From Sedimentisphaerales bacterium (GTDB taxonomy: Bacteria > Planctomycetota > Phycisphaerae > Sedimentisphaerales > Anaerobacaceae), in the NCBI GenBank assembly GCA_963708075.1, contig OY970194.1, positions 5,216,001 to 5,280,000 on the forward strand: DNA of 64,000 nucleotides, written 5' to 3'. This document shows, one piece after another, positions 29,210 through 39,922 of the stretch; position 1 is the stretch's first letter; each line of letters starts with the position of its first letter. A model generated the notes under the pieces. It searched no databases and was not told the origin of the DNA. It worked only from the letters and a program-made list of their open reading frames with translations. The translations under genes were made by a program, and so were the position numbers.

Positions 29210-30359
29210 TAAGTAGGTAGCCAAAAGTCTTCACACAAAAGCCTTGAGCCAGAAATCCGCCGACAAGACACCGGCTTTGCGGAGGCCCTGGGTCGCAGTT
29301 AGTCCCAAGAGCCACTGTTCCGCGTAGGCCGCCTCATCATCAATCGTTTGGAACTGGCGATTGGCCGCAATCAACCGTTTCAACTCCTTCCAGAGATGAT
29401 CCTGAGAGTTCAGTTCCGGGCACTGCTTCGGCAACCACAAGAGGGTCACCTCCAAGTGGGTGGCCAGTCGTTGGCTTTTGATCGCCTGATGAAAAGAGGC
29501 CTTGTCCAGCAACAGCCAAATCGGGCGTCCGGGATACCGTCGCCGCAACTCCCGCAGGAAGGCTTGAAAGTCCTCTTGCCGCTGGCGGGGCCGACGCAGG
29601 ACCACCCGGTGTCCGGTTCGTGGATTGATCGTGCCGAACAGAACCCGTTTGTCGTTTTGACCCGTGATCTTGACCTGCGCCTGTTCGCCGCGAAACGCCC
29701 ACACATAGCGCAAGGGCGGAAACCAGCGGAGGATGGTCGCATCCGAAAACAACAGCACCGCCAGCGCCGGCATCCGTTTCAGGCGGCGAACCAGGCCCCC
29801 TTTTTCTGGGCTCGGTTCGGGTCCTTGGTCGCATAGACATACCGGGGACGTTTCCACCGCAGATCCAAGTCCCGCATCCGCCGCCGCAGGGTACGAGGCG
29901 AGATTGCACACCCGTACCTTTGCTGGAGGTGATCTGCCAGCAAGGACACCGTCCAACCCGTGGCGCGATAGCCCAAACGCATCGGGTCCCGGCGGAACTC
30001 GCGTACCAGACGGGCGTCCGTGATCGGCGTGGCGACCGGAGGCCGTCCGGAACGCGGTGCGTCCTGCAGGCGGTCTGGACAATGGGTGTGCAGATAGGCC
30101 CGCACCCAGCGATAGACGCTCCACGGCCGGGTCCCGGTGATCTGCGCTGCTTCCGGAACCGTCCGACCCTGGGCCACCAACAGGATCGCTCCGATACGCC
30201 GGTAGGTGCGAATGTCAGCGACCCCCTGTAAGGCCCGCGTAAGACGATGTTTATCATATCGATCGAAACCACGTTCTGAGGCGCTCTTCGTTCTTCGCAT
30301 GTACCCCATCATACACGCGAAGAGAATCGTTCCTGTGAAAACTTTTGGCTACCTACTTA
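29210..30359 (-). mobile_element. IS630-family element, copy 1 (1150 bp including both TA)
   Basis: IRs AGTAGGTAGCCAAAAG; TA duplication in a CTAG site; HTH ORF 30312-29779 and DDE-type ORF ending 29231, linked by -1 shift at A5G5. Confidence 0.95.
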
Positions 30360-30462
30360 GACCAGCGACTTCATGTCATCGGGCAGAGCGTCGCGGATTC
30401 GTTCCACCGATTCCTCGGGCATGACCTGCTTAGTCATTTCATCGTATTGCATAACGTGCCTC

Positions 30463-30915
30463 TCACAATTCCTGGCGCAGGACGGCCTTCTGCTCGGCCC
30501 GCACGCGTTCGCCAAGGTCAGCCGCCTCCTCGTCTGCGGTGAATTCCCGAAGCACCGGCATGATCTCGTGTCGCTCCCAGCTCGTCATCGAATCGATATC
30601 GTCGTACAGGATCTCCGCGGAGTTGTGGAACTCCTCCTTTGCGTCCTTGGGAAGATCCTGAAGCTCCTGGAGCCGGCTGCGCACGGTCTCGACCCTCGCA
30701 TGGTACTGGCCCACGATCTCCTCCCGGTCGGCACTGATGCGGAGAATAGGGAATATGTGGCTTTCCCTGACGGCCTCCTGGGCATCGAGATGGGCGGCGA
30801 TCTCATGGAGCAGGTTCTCGCGGACGTGGGGCTGAGCCGAGATCGAATCGACCAGCTTCCGGGCCGCCCTTTGCAGGCTCTTGTTTTCTGCGGTCATCGC
30901 TTCATAGAGATCCAT
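30463..30915 (-). CDS. Hemerythrin-like four-helix bundle protein, degenerate ligands
   Basis: MDLYEAM.., HL.AQE..IFP.L and ER.EIMP.L repeats fit the HHE pattern but several His are missing. Confidence 0.55.
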   Translation of the reverse strand: MDLYEAMTAENKSLQRAARKLVDSISAQPHVRENLLHEIAAHLDAQEAVRESHIFPILRISADREEIVGQYHARVETVRSRLQELQDLPKDAKEEFHNSAEILYDDIDSMTSWERHEIMPVLREFTADEEAADLGERVRAEQKAVLRQEL

Positions 30916-31067
30916 AGTACGCGTCCCTGGCCGCTCCTCATTGCCCCGACTGCCGATTCATTGCGTGCAGCCGGTCGCAATCGCTCTGCATATGGTTCAC
31001 CCTGCTCGAATTGCCGCGAGCCGCCAATAGGCTTTTCCCTCTTTGCACCTGAGAGAATCGCACATGC

Positions 31068-31252
31068 GTCGCAAGAGACGGCTACCTCGAAGTCTGGGCC
31101 AAGAGAATGGAGGACGGCTCGACCGCCCGGGGCTGTTCAACTGCGACGAAGTCGAGAAGACCATCACGGCGAAGTAGTCCGACCTGAACCTCAAGGGCAA
31201 GGTCCGCATCCGCGACCTCTGGCGGCAGAAGGACCTGGGTGCATTCGAGACC
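31068..31252 (+). pseudogene. Remnant of a GH27 alpha-galactosidase C-terminal domain
   Basis: LEVWAKRMEDGSTA / GLFN..TAK*SDLNL.G..IRDLWRQKDLGAF with a frameshift near 31128 and TAG at 31175. Confidence 0.75.
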
Positions 31253-31311
31253 CCACGGGCAAACGAGTCTGCCCGTGCCACCCGGCGATACGCAGCATAG
31301 AAAGGGAATCC

Positions 31312-33204
31312 TCAGCGGACCATGGGTAGTCGCTGAGTGGTGATTCGATTCCACTGGTCACCCAGGATCGCGAGGTCTTTGACGTCCACGATGGAGTCGT
31401 GATTGAGATCAGCATCCGGGCTGTTTGGATCGGCGCGCGTCAGCCAATTCTCGCACAGGGCGAACAGGTCGCCCGCGTCCACGTCGCCATCGCTGTCTAT
31501 GTCCCCTTCGATGGCGTCGCTGTGCAGGAGGATCATCTCGATGCCCTCGCCGGTCTTCAGGTTCCTGGAGTACTGTCTGTCCACAGAGTTGTTCCAGTGC
31601 TCGTGGACACCCAGGCTCTCGAGGCGGCGCACTTGGCCGGCGTGGTCGGGATCGTAGAACGTGCCGGAGCACGGGTCGTTCGCCAGGGCCGCCTCGTGAA
31701 GGTAGTCTTCCGCCCCACCCTGCAGGTCGTATTTCGGGCTCGGCGCGTGGCCATAGCGGACTACGTCGGGCCACTCGGCATTCACGAGATCGTAGCCCAC
31801 GGAATCGATGGCCACCGGGTCCTGGGAGGCGAGGACACTCGAAGGCCAGTCGCCATTGAACGGCGGCGAATTCCACTTGTACGGATGCGAGTCGGCGTAG
31901 TAGCCGCCGAAGAGTCCGTCGATCAGGTACAGCAGCGTCTTGCCGCCAAGCTCGTGGTGACCCATCAGGTCCACGAGGGCACGGTACTGGGCCGTGCCGG
32001 GACTCCAGCCGGCGTTCGGCAGGCTCAGGTGCATGTCGTAGTAGCCGGGGTATCCCCCCTGCGTGGGAAGGCGTGGGAGGTCCGGCCGCAAGTAGCCGCT
32101 CGGCATCCGGATCAGCGAGCCGTAATGGTTCTTTGCACACAGCGTCACGCCGGAAGAATGGCCCTTGAGGATGGCGAAGTTGATGATGTAGCGGGCCTCG
32201 GCGAACGCCGTGGGCAGATAGTCCTGCCGCTTTCCGGCGGCCTGCGCCGTGCTCCAGTACAGCGGGATGTTCGAGAACTCCGCCCTGGTCCGGCCGGACC
32301 CGCCGTAGTTGTCCAGATAATGCACGTTCGGGAATTCCGGATGCAGCATGTCCCAGTAAAAACTCGGGATCATGCCCGTCGGATCGCCGATGGTGATGTC
32401 TTTTTGCTCGACGCCCACTATGCCGACCAATTGGCGCAGCAGGGCGAGGATCATCTGCGGCGAGTTGTCGGTCGTGTTTGCGACGCCGGCCTTCTTCACA
32501 TAGTTGGTTGGACTGACACCGGTCCCGGCTGCATTGCAGGTGGTCAGATTGATTTTGACGGCGATTTTCTCACCAGGTTGATAGCCCGCGTCATCGTTGC
32601 CCCGGCCGGCATTGAAGTATCTGAAAATGGCGTCCCAAGCCGGCGCGTCATCGTTGCAGCCCGCCACGCCCCGAACTGCCTGCGACATCATCTTCTCCAC
32701 GACGGCCGCATTGGTGCAGTTGTCCTGCCACCAATGCTCGGGTGAATTGAAGCCGGCCCAGTCCGTCGCGTCCGGATCGTGGACCCAGACCACCCGCCCG
32801 GGGTGAATCCCTTTCGCTTCGCCGATCGGGCCGTGGGGACCCCAGGGTCCGCTAGCCTGCGGCGTCACCGGATCGCCGAGCGACGCTACGCCAATGACGG
32901 CAATCGTGACCCCTCCCAGGCATACCAGCACAGCAGGAGACTGCCTCAGCAGCCGCCTCACTCTCTGCGATACGGCAATCGAGCCAGCCAGGCCCACAAG
33001 CCAGATGACGAAGCCGGACGCCAGCGGCATGGCCACTCGCTGACAGGGATAACCGGCCCGCGATGGCTTCGGCACCACCCGAATCAGAAACCAGACCAGC
33101 GCCGACAGTCCCGCCGCCGGCAAGACCCACCTCGCCCAGGGGTATTTTGGCCGATATCCCGGGCATTCGCCCCCGCGATGTGATGTGGTCCCCTTTTCCC
33201 GCAT
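31312..33204 (-). CDS. DUF362-domain protein with C-terminal dockerin-like EF-hand repeats
   Basis: PKPSRAGYPCQR, GEKIAVKIN, LKGH..GVTLCAKNHYG, SQDPVAIDSVG, GVHEHWNN; GDIDSDGDVD and ADLNHDSIVD. Confidence 0.8.
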   Translation of the reverse strand: MREKGTTSHRGGECPGYRPKYPWARWVLPAAGLSALVWFLIRVVPKPSRAGYPCQRVAMPLASGFVIWLVGLAGSIAVSQRVRRLLRQSPAVLVCLGGVTIAVIGVASLGDPVTPQASGPWGPHGPIGEAKGIHPGRVVWVHDPDATDWAGFNSPEHWWQDNCTNAAVVEKMMSQAVRGVAGCNDDAPAWDAIFRYFNAGRGNDDAGYQPGEKIAVKINLTTCNAAGTGVSPTNYVKKAGVANTTDNSPQMILALLRQLVGIVGVEQKDITIGDPTGMIPSFYWDMLHPEFPNVHYLDNYGGSGRTRAEFSNIPLYWSTAQAAGKRQDYLPTAFAEARYIINFAILKGHSSGVTLCAKNHYGSLIRMPSGYLRPDLPRLPTQGGYPGYYDMHLSLPNAGWSPGTAQYRALVDLMGHHELGGKTLLYLIDGLFGGYYADSHPYKWNSPPFNGDWPSSVLASQDPVAIDSVGYDLVNAEWPDVVRYGHAPSPKYDLQGGAEDYLHEAALANDPCSGTFYDPDHAGQVRRLESLGVHEHWNNSVDRQYSRNLKTGEGIEMILLHSDAIEGDIDSDGDVDAGDLFALCENWLTRADPNSPDADLNHDSIVDVKDLAILGDQWNRITTQRLPMVR

Positions 33205-33712
33205 GGTCGATTCCTCCTGGAAGTCCGACTATATCGGGCAGCCGGTACCCCGATTATACACCCACCGCCACAAGGATCATGAACCAATCGGCTGAAATAG
33301 CTCATTTCTTTCCCAGGTCCCGGTGCCGGTTTCCAGGGAATTGTCCTTGCAGGGACGCGGAGGAGGTGGTAGGATGGTGCCTGATAAACGTGCAGCGTAT
33401 GCCTTGACATCCCGGCGAGCTTTTTTCACGGTTTCACGCGGCGGGAATTACTATGTCGGGTCCAAGCTGCGGTAAGGCTCTCGCACCTCATTCATCTTGT
33501 CACACCGTAAGAAGCACGTGCAGGGCCTGGGAACAAGGGCGACGTGTACGGGCGGGTTTCAAACCCGCTCCTCCGTGAGGGGAGGCTCTTGTGGATTATC
33601 GCACACGGAATCATCTAGGGGCGGACGCAACGGGTCGTGGTGGGGGTCCGCCCGCTTCGCAGGCACCTCGTGTAGCAAGCATCACAACGCAATTCTTGAA
33701 AAGGAGGAACGT

Positions 33713-36337
33713 ATGACTAAGAGACTCGTGCTGGTGTTGTCCCTGGTCGTGCTGATGGGGGCCGGGGACGCCCTGGGGGAACTCGTGGGCTGGTGGAAAC
33801 TGGATGAGGGCGGGGGCACCAAGGCCCTGGACTCCTCCGGCAAGGGCAACGACGGGACGATTGTGAACAAGCCCACCTGGATTGACGGCGTCAACGGGGG
33901 GGCCCTGGAGTTCCATGGCTTAGGCCGCTCCGGTGGCGGCGGGGACTACATCAATTGCGGCACGAAGGCCATCCTGGACGTGCGCGGTCCGATCTCCATC
34001 GCCATCTGGTTAAAACCCGGCGCAGATGATCCGGAGGGAAAGGCCACTGAGACGGCGCCGATGGCCAAGGCAGATTCCGTCGCCGGCTGGAGCTGGCAGC
34101 TTCGGTACGGGTGGGGCGCCTCCAAGCCCTTCATGGGATTCCAATTCGAGGCGTCGCCCTCCACGGTCTGGGTCTTCGTCAACCAGAAGCTGGTGCGCGA
34201 CGAGTGGTGCCATGTCGCGTGCTCCCACGACGGCAAGACAGTGAAATGCTTCCTCAACGGAACGCAAACCGACTCGGCGGCGATGACCACCATCCTTGGC
34301 GAGACGGGCTCGCCCATACTGATCGGCTCGGACGGTTGGGGGTGCGACTGGATTGGTGCGATTGATGATGCCAGGCTTTACAATCACGGGCTCTCGGAGG
34401 CCGAGATCCAGGCCGCGATGTCCGTCGAGCCGATCCTGACGGCGTATTCTCCGTCCCCCCGGAACGGCGAGATGCTGATCGTGACGAAGACGACGCTCAA
34501 GTGGCAGCCGGGCGACAAAGCCACCGCCCATGAAGTCTACTTTGGGGAGAGCTTCGAGCAGGTCAGTGCGGCCACGACGGCGGATACGGCGGTATTCCTT
34601 GGCAGGCAGACGACAGCGGAGTTGGCCATCGGCGCCGCCGGCAATCTCATCCCCACGGCTCTGGTTCCTGGAAAGACCTACTATTGGCGCATCGATGAGA
34701 TCAACGGCGAACAGGTCTTGAAAGGAAACGTCTGGAGCTTCTGGATTCAGCCCGTGACCGCGTGGAAACCCTTCCCCGCGGATGGCATGAAGTACGTCGA
34801 TCCGAACCAGGACCTGAGCTGGGAACTCGGCATGGGCGCGGTCTACCACACGATTTACTTCGGTCGAACTTTCGACGAGGTCAGTGCCGCCACCGCAGGC
34901 GGCGCACCAAGTATAGCGGCTTCCTTTGACCCCGACACGCTCGCGCTGGACACGACGTACTACTGGCGAGTCGACGAATTCCAGTATGTACTGCCCACGC
35001 CTATCACGCATAAGGGCCCGGTCTGGAGCTTCACCACGCGCGGCGCCGGCGGCGGCGCCAAGGCGCAGTACTTCAAGAGCATGGATCTCTCGGGCGCGCC
35101 GGTGCTGACCCGGATCGAGGGCACGATCAACGTCGACGCGACAGGCGAAGTCGTTGCCGGCCTCAGCGACAACCTCTCGGCCCGCTGGACCGCTAACCTG
35201 GAGGTCCCGTTCACGGAGACGTACAGGCTCATCACCACCACCGATGACGGTGTCAAACTCTGGCTTGACGGCCGCCTGATCATCGACAACTGGACCGACC
35301 ATGGCACTACCGACGATTCGGCCTTGGTCAGTCTCGCGGCGGGACAGGTTTACTCCCTCCGCATGGAATGGTATGAGAACACCGTCGGCGCGGTGGCGCA
35401 GTTGTCTTGGGAGAGTGCCACCCTGCCACGTGCGATTCTCCCGCAAGGCTGGCTGCAGTTGCCGGTCCGGGCCGCCGGTCCGTACCCGGCCAATGCGGCT
35501 GTGGATGCGCCTCAGACGCCGATGCTTCGCTGGATCGCCGGGGAAAAGGCTGCCTCACAGGAGCTCTACTTCGGCGAGGACAAGGACGCCGTGACCACCG
35601 GGACCACCCCGACTGCCCGCCTCGGAGCGGCCGACACGACCTACGATCCGGGCGCTCTGCAGTGGGGCAAGACCTACTACTGGCGGGTGGATGAGGTCAA
35701 CGCGGCCGACGCCGAGAGTCCATGGAAGGGCGTCACGTGGAGCTTCACGACCGCCGACTTCCTCCTCGTCGATGACTTTGAGAGCTACACCAACGAGGTC
35801 GGCGAGAGGGTCTTCCAGACGTGGCTGGATGGCTATGGATACACCGAGCCCAAGGAGGTCCAAGGCAACGGCACGAATGCTCTTGTCGGCTATGACCCGT
35901 CGGCAGGCGATATCATGGAAACCACGATCGTCCACGGCGGCGGACAGTCCATGCCGATGGACTACAATAACGTGATCTCGCCATACAAGTCGGAGGCCGA
36001 GCGCACCTGGTCGACTCCACAGAACTGGACGGTGAACGGCATGAATACGCTCGTGCTGTTCGTCCGCGGCACAGGAGGCAACGGCGTGGATCAGTTGTAC
36101 GTCGCAGTTCAGGATAATGCCAACCATGTCGGCGTGATCAACCATCCTGATGCCGCCGCCGTGAAGGCGACGAAGTGGCTGGAGTGGAAGATTCCGCTCA
36201 GCCAGCTCACGTCCGCCGGCGTCAGCGTCACGACCGTCAAGACGATGTATATCGGCGTCGGCGACCGCACCAGCCCCAAGGCGGGTGGCGCCGGGACCCT
36301 TTACATCGACGACATCCGGGTGATCAAGTCCCCGTGA
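33713..36337 (+). CDS. Secreted LamG + FN3-like repeats + PA14 protein
   Basis: SD AAGGAGG; LVGWWKLDEG..IDDARLYN (LamG); YYWRVDE repeats; TDDGVKLWLDG (PA14); LYIDDIR tail. Confidence 0.88.
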   Translation: MTKRLVLVLSLVVLMGAGDALGELVGWWKLDEGGGTKALDSSGKGNDGTIVNKPTWIDGVNGGALEFHGLGRSGGGGDYINCGTKAILDVRGPISIAIWLKPGADDPEGKATETAPMAKADSVAGWSWQLRYGWGASKPFMGFQFEASPSTVWVFVNQKLVRDEWCHVACSHDGKTVKCFLNGTQTDSAAMTTILGETGSPILIGSDGWGCDWIGAIDDARLYNHGLSEAEIQAAMSVEPILTAYSPSPRNGEMLIVTKTTLKWQPGDKATAHEVYFGESFEQVSAATTADTAVFLGRQTTAELAIGAAGNLIPTALVPGKTYYWRIDEINGEQVLKGNVWSFWIQPVTAWKPFPADGMKYVDPNQDLSWELGMGAVYHTIYFGRTFDEVSAATAGGAPSIAASFDPDTLALDTTYYWRVDEFQYVLPTPITHKGPVWSFTTRGAGGGAKAQYFKSMDLSGAPVLTRIEGTINVDATGEVVAGLSDNLSARWTANLEVPFTETYRLITTTDDGVKLWLDGRLIIDNWTDHGTTDDSALVSLAAGQVYSLRMEWYENTVGAVAQLSWESATLPRAILPQGWLQLPVRAAGPYPANAAVDAPQTPMLRWIAGEKAASQELYFGEDKDAVTTGTTPTARLGAADTTYDPGALQWGKTYYWRVDEVNAADAESPWKGVTWSFTTADFLLVDDFESYTNEVGERVFQTWLDGYGYTEPKEVQGNGTNALVGYDPSAGDIMETTIVHGGGQSMPMDYNNVISPYKSEAERTWSTPQNWTVNGMNTLVLFVRGTGGNGVDQLYVAVQDNANHVGVINHPDAAAVKATKWLEWKIPLSQLTSAGVSVTTVKTMYIGVGDRTSPKAGGAGTLYIDDIRVIKSP

Positions 36338-36363
36338 CGCAGTAGGTAGAAGACCCAGGAATG

Positions 36364-36406
36364 GAACAGGCCGCCTGGACAAAGCCTCCAAGCGGCCTGT
36401 TCGTTT
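36364..36406 (+). terminator. Probable intrinsic terminator
   Basis: GAACAGGCCGC / GCGGCCTGTTC stem then GTTT. Confidence 0.55.
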
Positions 36407-36492
36407 CCACGAACCAGCAAGATCGCAGGATAGTCCATTCTTGACCTTCACCGCTCTGCTTTTCTCAGCTCTGGTAGCAAATCCGTAGCGCC

Positions 36493-36573
36493 GGGTGGCC
36501 GCGGCAAGCGCCGCTTACCGGTGGTTTGCCCCCTTCGCCATCGGCAAAGCCTTCGGCCTTGCCGCTGCCACCC
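36493..36573. repeat. Family A REP-like doublet
   Basis: GGGTGGCCGCGGCAAGCG...CCATCGGCAAAGCCTTCGGCCTTGCCGCTGCCACCC. Confidence 0.8.
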
Positions 36574-36837
36574 AATGTCCGGAGCCATGGGTTTGAATAC
36601 CTGCGTGCCATGATCACGCGTGGCAAAGGACGCGTCAGAATCAGTGAGGCGCAAATCCCTGAATTTCCGCAAGGAAAAGCCGGTACTTCGGCCGGCGCAC
36701 GCCATTTTCGCTGTCGAAATGACACTCTCCCGACTCCACCGGAAGACACCCCCTCCCGGGCCCGTTGTCGCAGGCCCGGGGATTGGATACACTAACGTGC
36801 TTCGCAGGAGCGCTTGCCCAAAGGAAGGGGTGAGAAT

Positions 36838-37596
36838 ATGACGGAAACGCATCATGCACTGCGGCTGGACGGGATTCGCGAGACGGTCCGGGCCCCGCTG
36901 AGGCTGCTGGTTGACCAGCTTCACGGGGGCCTGCACGACAACCTGCGCAGCGTGACGGTCGTCGGCAGCAGCCTGACGGAGGACTTCAAGCCCGGCGTCA
37001 GCGACATCAACACGATTATCGTCCTGGACAGGCACAGCACGCCGGCGCTGGCGCTCGTCGCCTCGCTGGCCAAGCCGCTGCGCAGGCAGGGGCTCGCGGC
37101 CCCGCTGCTGGTGACCGCCTCCTACATCGAGCGGTCGCGCGACGTCTTCGGCGTCGAATTCCTCGATTTTCAACTGGTCCACGAGACGATCTTCGGCGAC
37201 GACCCGTTCGCGGCGCTGAGCTTCGAGAAGGACAACGTCCGGCTCCAGTGCGAGCGCGAGCTCAAGTCGATGCTCGTGAAGATGCAGCAGGGCTACCTCG
37301 TCGCCGGCGGCGAGCCGCGACTCGTGCGCGAGGAGGTGATCGCCGGGGCCAAAGAGCTGGCGCCGCTGCTGCGAGCCATGCTGTGGCTCAAGGATATCGA
37401 GCGACCCAGGACGATGACCGCATCGCTGCGCAAGGCGGCGGAGCAGTTCAACGTCGAGCTGGATGCGGCGATTGAAGCAGACCGGTGGCGGCAGGAGAGA
37501 CGACGGCTGACGGCCGCCGAGGTGGAGGCCGGCTTCGAGGACGTGTTCGCCGCCGTGGAGAACCTGAGCCAGGTTATTGATGATTTCGAGTTGTAG
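36838..37596 (+). CDS. Nucleotidyltransferase-fold protein of LemA/TPM operons
   Basis: VVGSS..F.PGVSDIN, DVFGVEFLD, RLQCERELKS. Confidence 0.75.
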   Translation: MTETHHALRLDGIRETVRAPLRLLVDQLHGGLHDNLRSVTVVGSSLTEDFKPGVSDINTIIVLDRHSTPALALVASLAKPLRRQGLAAPLLVTASYIERSRDVFGVEFLDFQLVHETIFGDDPFAALSFEKDNVRLQCERELKSMLVKMQQGYLVAGGEPRLVREEVIAGAKELAPLLRAMLWLKDIERPRTMTASLRKAAEQFNVELDAAIEADRWRQERRRLTAAEVEAGFEDVFAAVENLSQVIDDFEL

Positions 37597-37598
37597 GC

Positions 37599-38456
37599 AT
37601 GCGCCGGAACCTGCTGATACTATCGGTCGCCACGATGTTGCTGGCCGCACTGGCCGCCGCGAAGCTCGCCGTGCCGGACCTGCCGATGCCCCAGGAGTAT
37701 GTGGACGATCTCGCCAACGTCATCAACCCCGAGCACAAGCAGGCCCTCCTGGGCATCCTGCAAGAGCTGGAGCAGAAGACCGGCGTCCAATACATCATCC
37801 TGACCGTCGAGACCACCGGCGGCCTGCCCATCCAGGACTTCTCGATCGAGCTGGCTCACAATCGATGGAAGCTCGGCCAGAAGGATAAGGATAACGGGCT
37901 GCTGTTCACCCTGGCCCTTAAAGATCGGGCCTACTGGTTTGCCATCGGTTACGGCCTGGAAGGCGTCGTTACCGACGCATTCGCGGGGCAGGTCGGGCGA
38001 GACGTGCTCGTGCCTTACCTCAAGAAAGGGCAGTACAGCCAGGGCATTTACGAGGCAAATCTGCGGGTCATACAGCGGATTGCCCGGGAGACAGGCGTGC
38101 AACTGAGCGGCATGCCGACGCTGCCGCCCGAGCCGACAGCGTACAATAGTTCCGTGCTCGGGCAACGCAGAGGGCCAACGTGCTGCGTGTGCCCGTGCTG
38201 CGGCCTCCTGGTTCTGCTGATTCTGTTCATGATGTTCTTTGGCGGCCGAGGCGGGCGCGGGGGCAGAGGCTGGTGGTGGTTGTTCCTGCTGCCATTCCTG
38301 TTCAACCGCTCCCGCGGCTATGGTCGCAGGCGGCCTTATGGTCCCTTCGGGGGCGGCTACGGCGGGTTCGGCGGGGGCATGCGGGGCGGGTTCGGACGCT
38401 TCGGCGGGGGCGGAGGGGGAGGATTCGGCGGCGGTGGCGCCGGCGGACGATGGTAA
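37599..38456 (+). CDS. TPM domain (YgcG-like) membrane protein
   Basis: YVDDLANVI, WKLGQKDKDNGLL, IGYGLEG; Gly-rich tail GGGAGGRW. Confidence 0.92.
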   Translation: MRRNLLILSVATMLLAALAAAKLAVPDLPMPQEYVDDLANVINPEHKQALLGILQELEQKTGVQYIILTVETTGGLPIQDFSIELAHNRWKLGQKDKDNGLLFTLALKDRAYWFAIGYGLEGVVTDAFAGQVGRDVLVPYLKKGQYSQGIYEANLRVIQRIARETGVQLSGMPTLPPEPTAYNSSVLGQRRGPTCCVCPCCGLLVLLILFMMFFGGRGGRGGRGWWWLFLLPFLFNRSRGYGRRRPYGPFGGGYGGFGGGMRGGFGRFGGGGGGGFGGGGAGGRW

Positions 38457-38477
38457 CTGCACATTGGGGGGTCGGCA

Positions 38478-39146
38478 ATGTTCCAGGCAAAAGCAAAGGC
38501 GAATGGCGCCGGGCAGGCGGCCATGCTGGCCGTCATGATCATCGCAATCGTCGCGGTTCTGGTTGTGATAGGCTTCATCTTCTTTGGCGTATACATCCGC
38601 GGCTACAATCACGCCATCCGACTCGACCAGGCAGCCAACGAGGCTTGGGGAAATGTGGAGGCGCAGCTCCAGCGGCGCTTCGATCTCGTGGGCAACCTCG
38701 TCGAGACCGTCCGGGGATACGCCACGCAGGAGAAGGAGATCTTCGAGACTGTCGCTCAGGCGCGCACGAAGTACTTCCAGGCGGAGAAGGCCGGCAACAT
38801 CGCGGGGCAGATCGACGCATCCAACCAGTTGGGCGCGGTGCTGTCGCGGCTTCTCGTGCTCCGCGAGGCCTATCCCGAGCTCAAATCCAACCAGAACTTC
38901 CTGGCCCTGCAAGACCAGCTTGAGGGCACGGAGAATCGCATCGCCGTCGCTCGCACGAGGTACAACGAAGCCGTCCGGGAGCTGAACACCTACGTCAAGT
39001 CCTTCTGGGGCTCCTTCTTTGCCGCCCGGGCCGGGGTCAAGACCAAGCCGCCTTTTGAAGCCGCTGAGGGCGCCCAGACCGCCCCAAAGGTGGACTTCTC
39101 CCCCAAGGCCCCTGCCCCCGTCCCGGCGCCACAACCCGCCCCGTAG
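38478..39146 (+). CDS. lemA: LemA family protein
   Basis: QLQRRFDL, EAYPELKSNQNFLALQDQLEGTENRIAVAR. Confidence 0.95.
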   Translation: MFQAKAKANGAGQAAMLAVMIIAIVAVLVVIGFIFFGVYIRGYNHAIRLDQAANEAWGNVEAQLQRRFDLVGNLVETVRGYATQEKEIFETVAQARTKYFQAEKAGNIAGQIDASNQLGAVLSRLLVLREAYPELKSNQNFLALQDQLEGTENRIAVARTRYNEAVRELNTYVKSFWGSFFAARAGVKTKPPFEAAEGAQTAPKVDFSPKAPAPVPAPQPAP

Positions 39147-39922
39147 GGGTGTGCGCGTTCAGCTTGAGAAGGTACCATTATGGGTGGCTGGGCAGACGGG
39201 TTTGCCCATGCCACCCTGCCTTGTGTTTGCCCAGGCTGACCAGGGACAGGCCGCAAGCCTTGGCGATGTGTTTCTCCTGGATGGAAAGGAGCTGACATGC
39301 CGGAGCCGGCAGATACGCCGAACGTGTATGAGGCCATGCCGGGGGTGTTCACTCGCCTGCCGGCACAGCTCGGGGTGCAAGTCGAGCTCTATTATGCCCG
39401 CTTCGCCGACGCCGGCCACGCCCAAGTGACCTTCGAGCGCATCGCCGTCTGAGCAGGCAGCAGTACAGGTACGGAGAACCTGTTCCGTCTCCATGATCAG
39501 CCTGGAGGGGTGCTTCATGCCGAATGGAGACGTGCCAAGATGTCCTCAGAAATGATGATCCTGAACCCTTATTGACGCGGCCCGAGGAAACGCTAGCGTT
39601 GGTGATATACGGAGACTGCATCTGTAACCCGCTTGTTCCTGACGGAGCAATTACTGGGGGGACGAATCGCTTGCAAGCAGAGCTATTTTGACGGTGAAAA
39701 GCACGGCCGTCACCGATGTCTGACGATTGGTTCTGAAAGGAGACTGTTTCCAGGTCTCGGGAAGCTGCTCGCTACTGTCCCGTGATGCCTTCATTTGCAG
39801 AGTGTCGGCATGGTTCAGTGGCAGTGGGTGCGGGAATGCTCTGCGCGTACATGCTCCACTGCCGTGGATTATTGCCGTTGTTTGGTGCAGTGCTGAGAAC
39901 ATCTGGAGAAAGGAGCAGAGAC

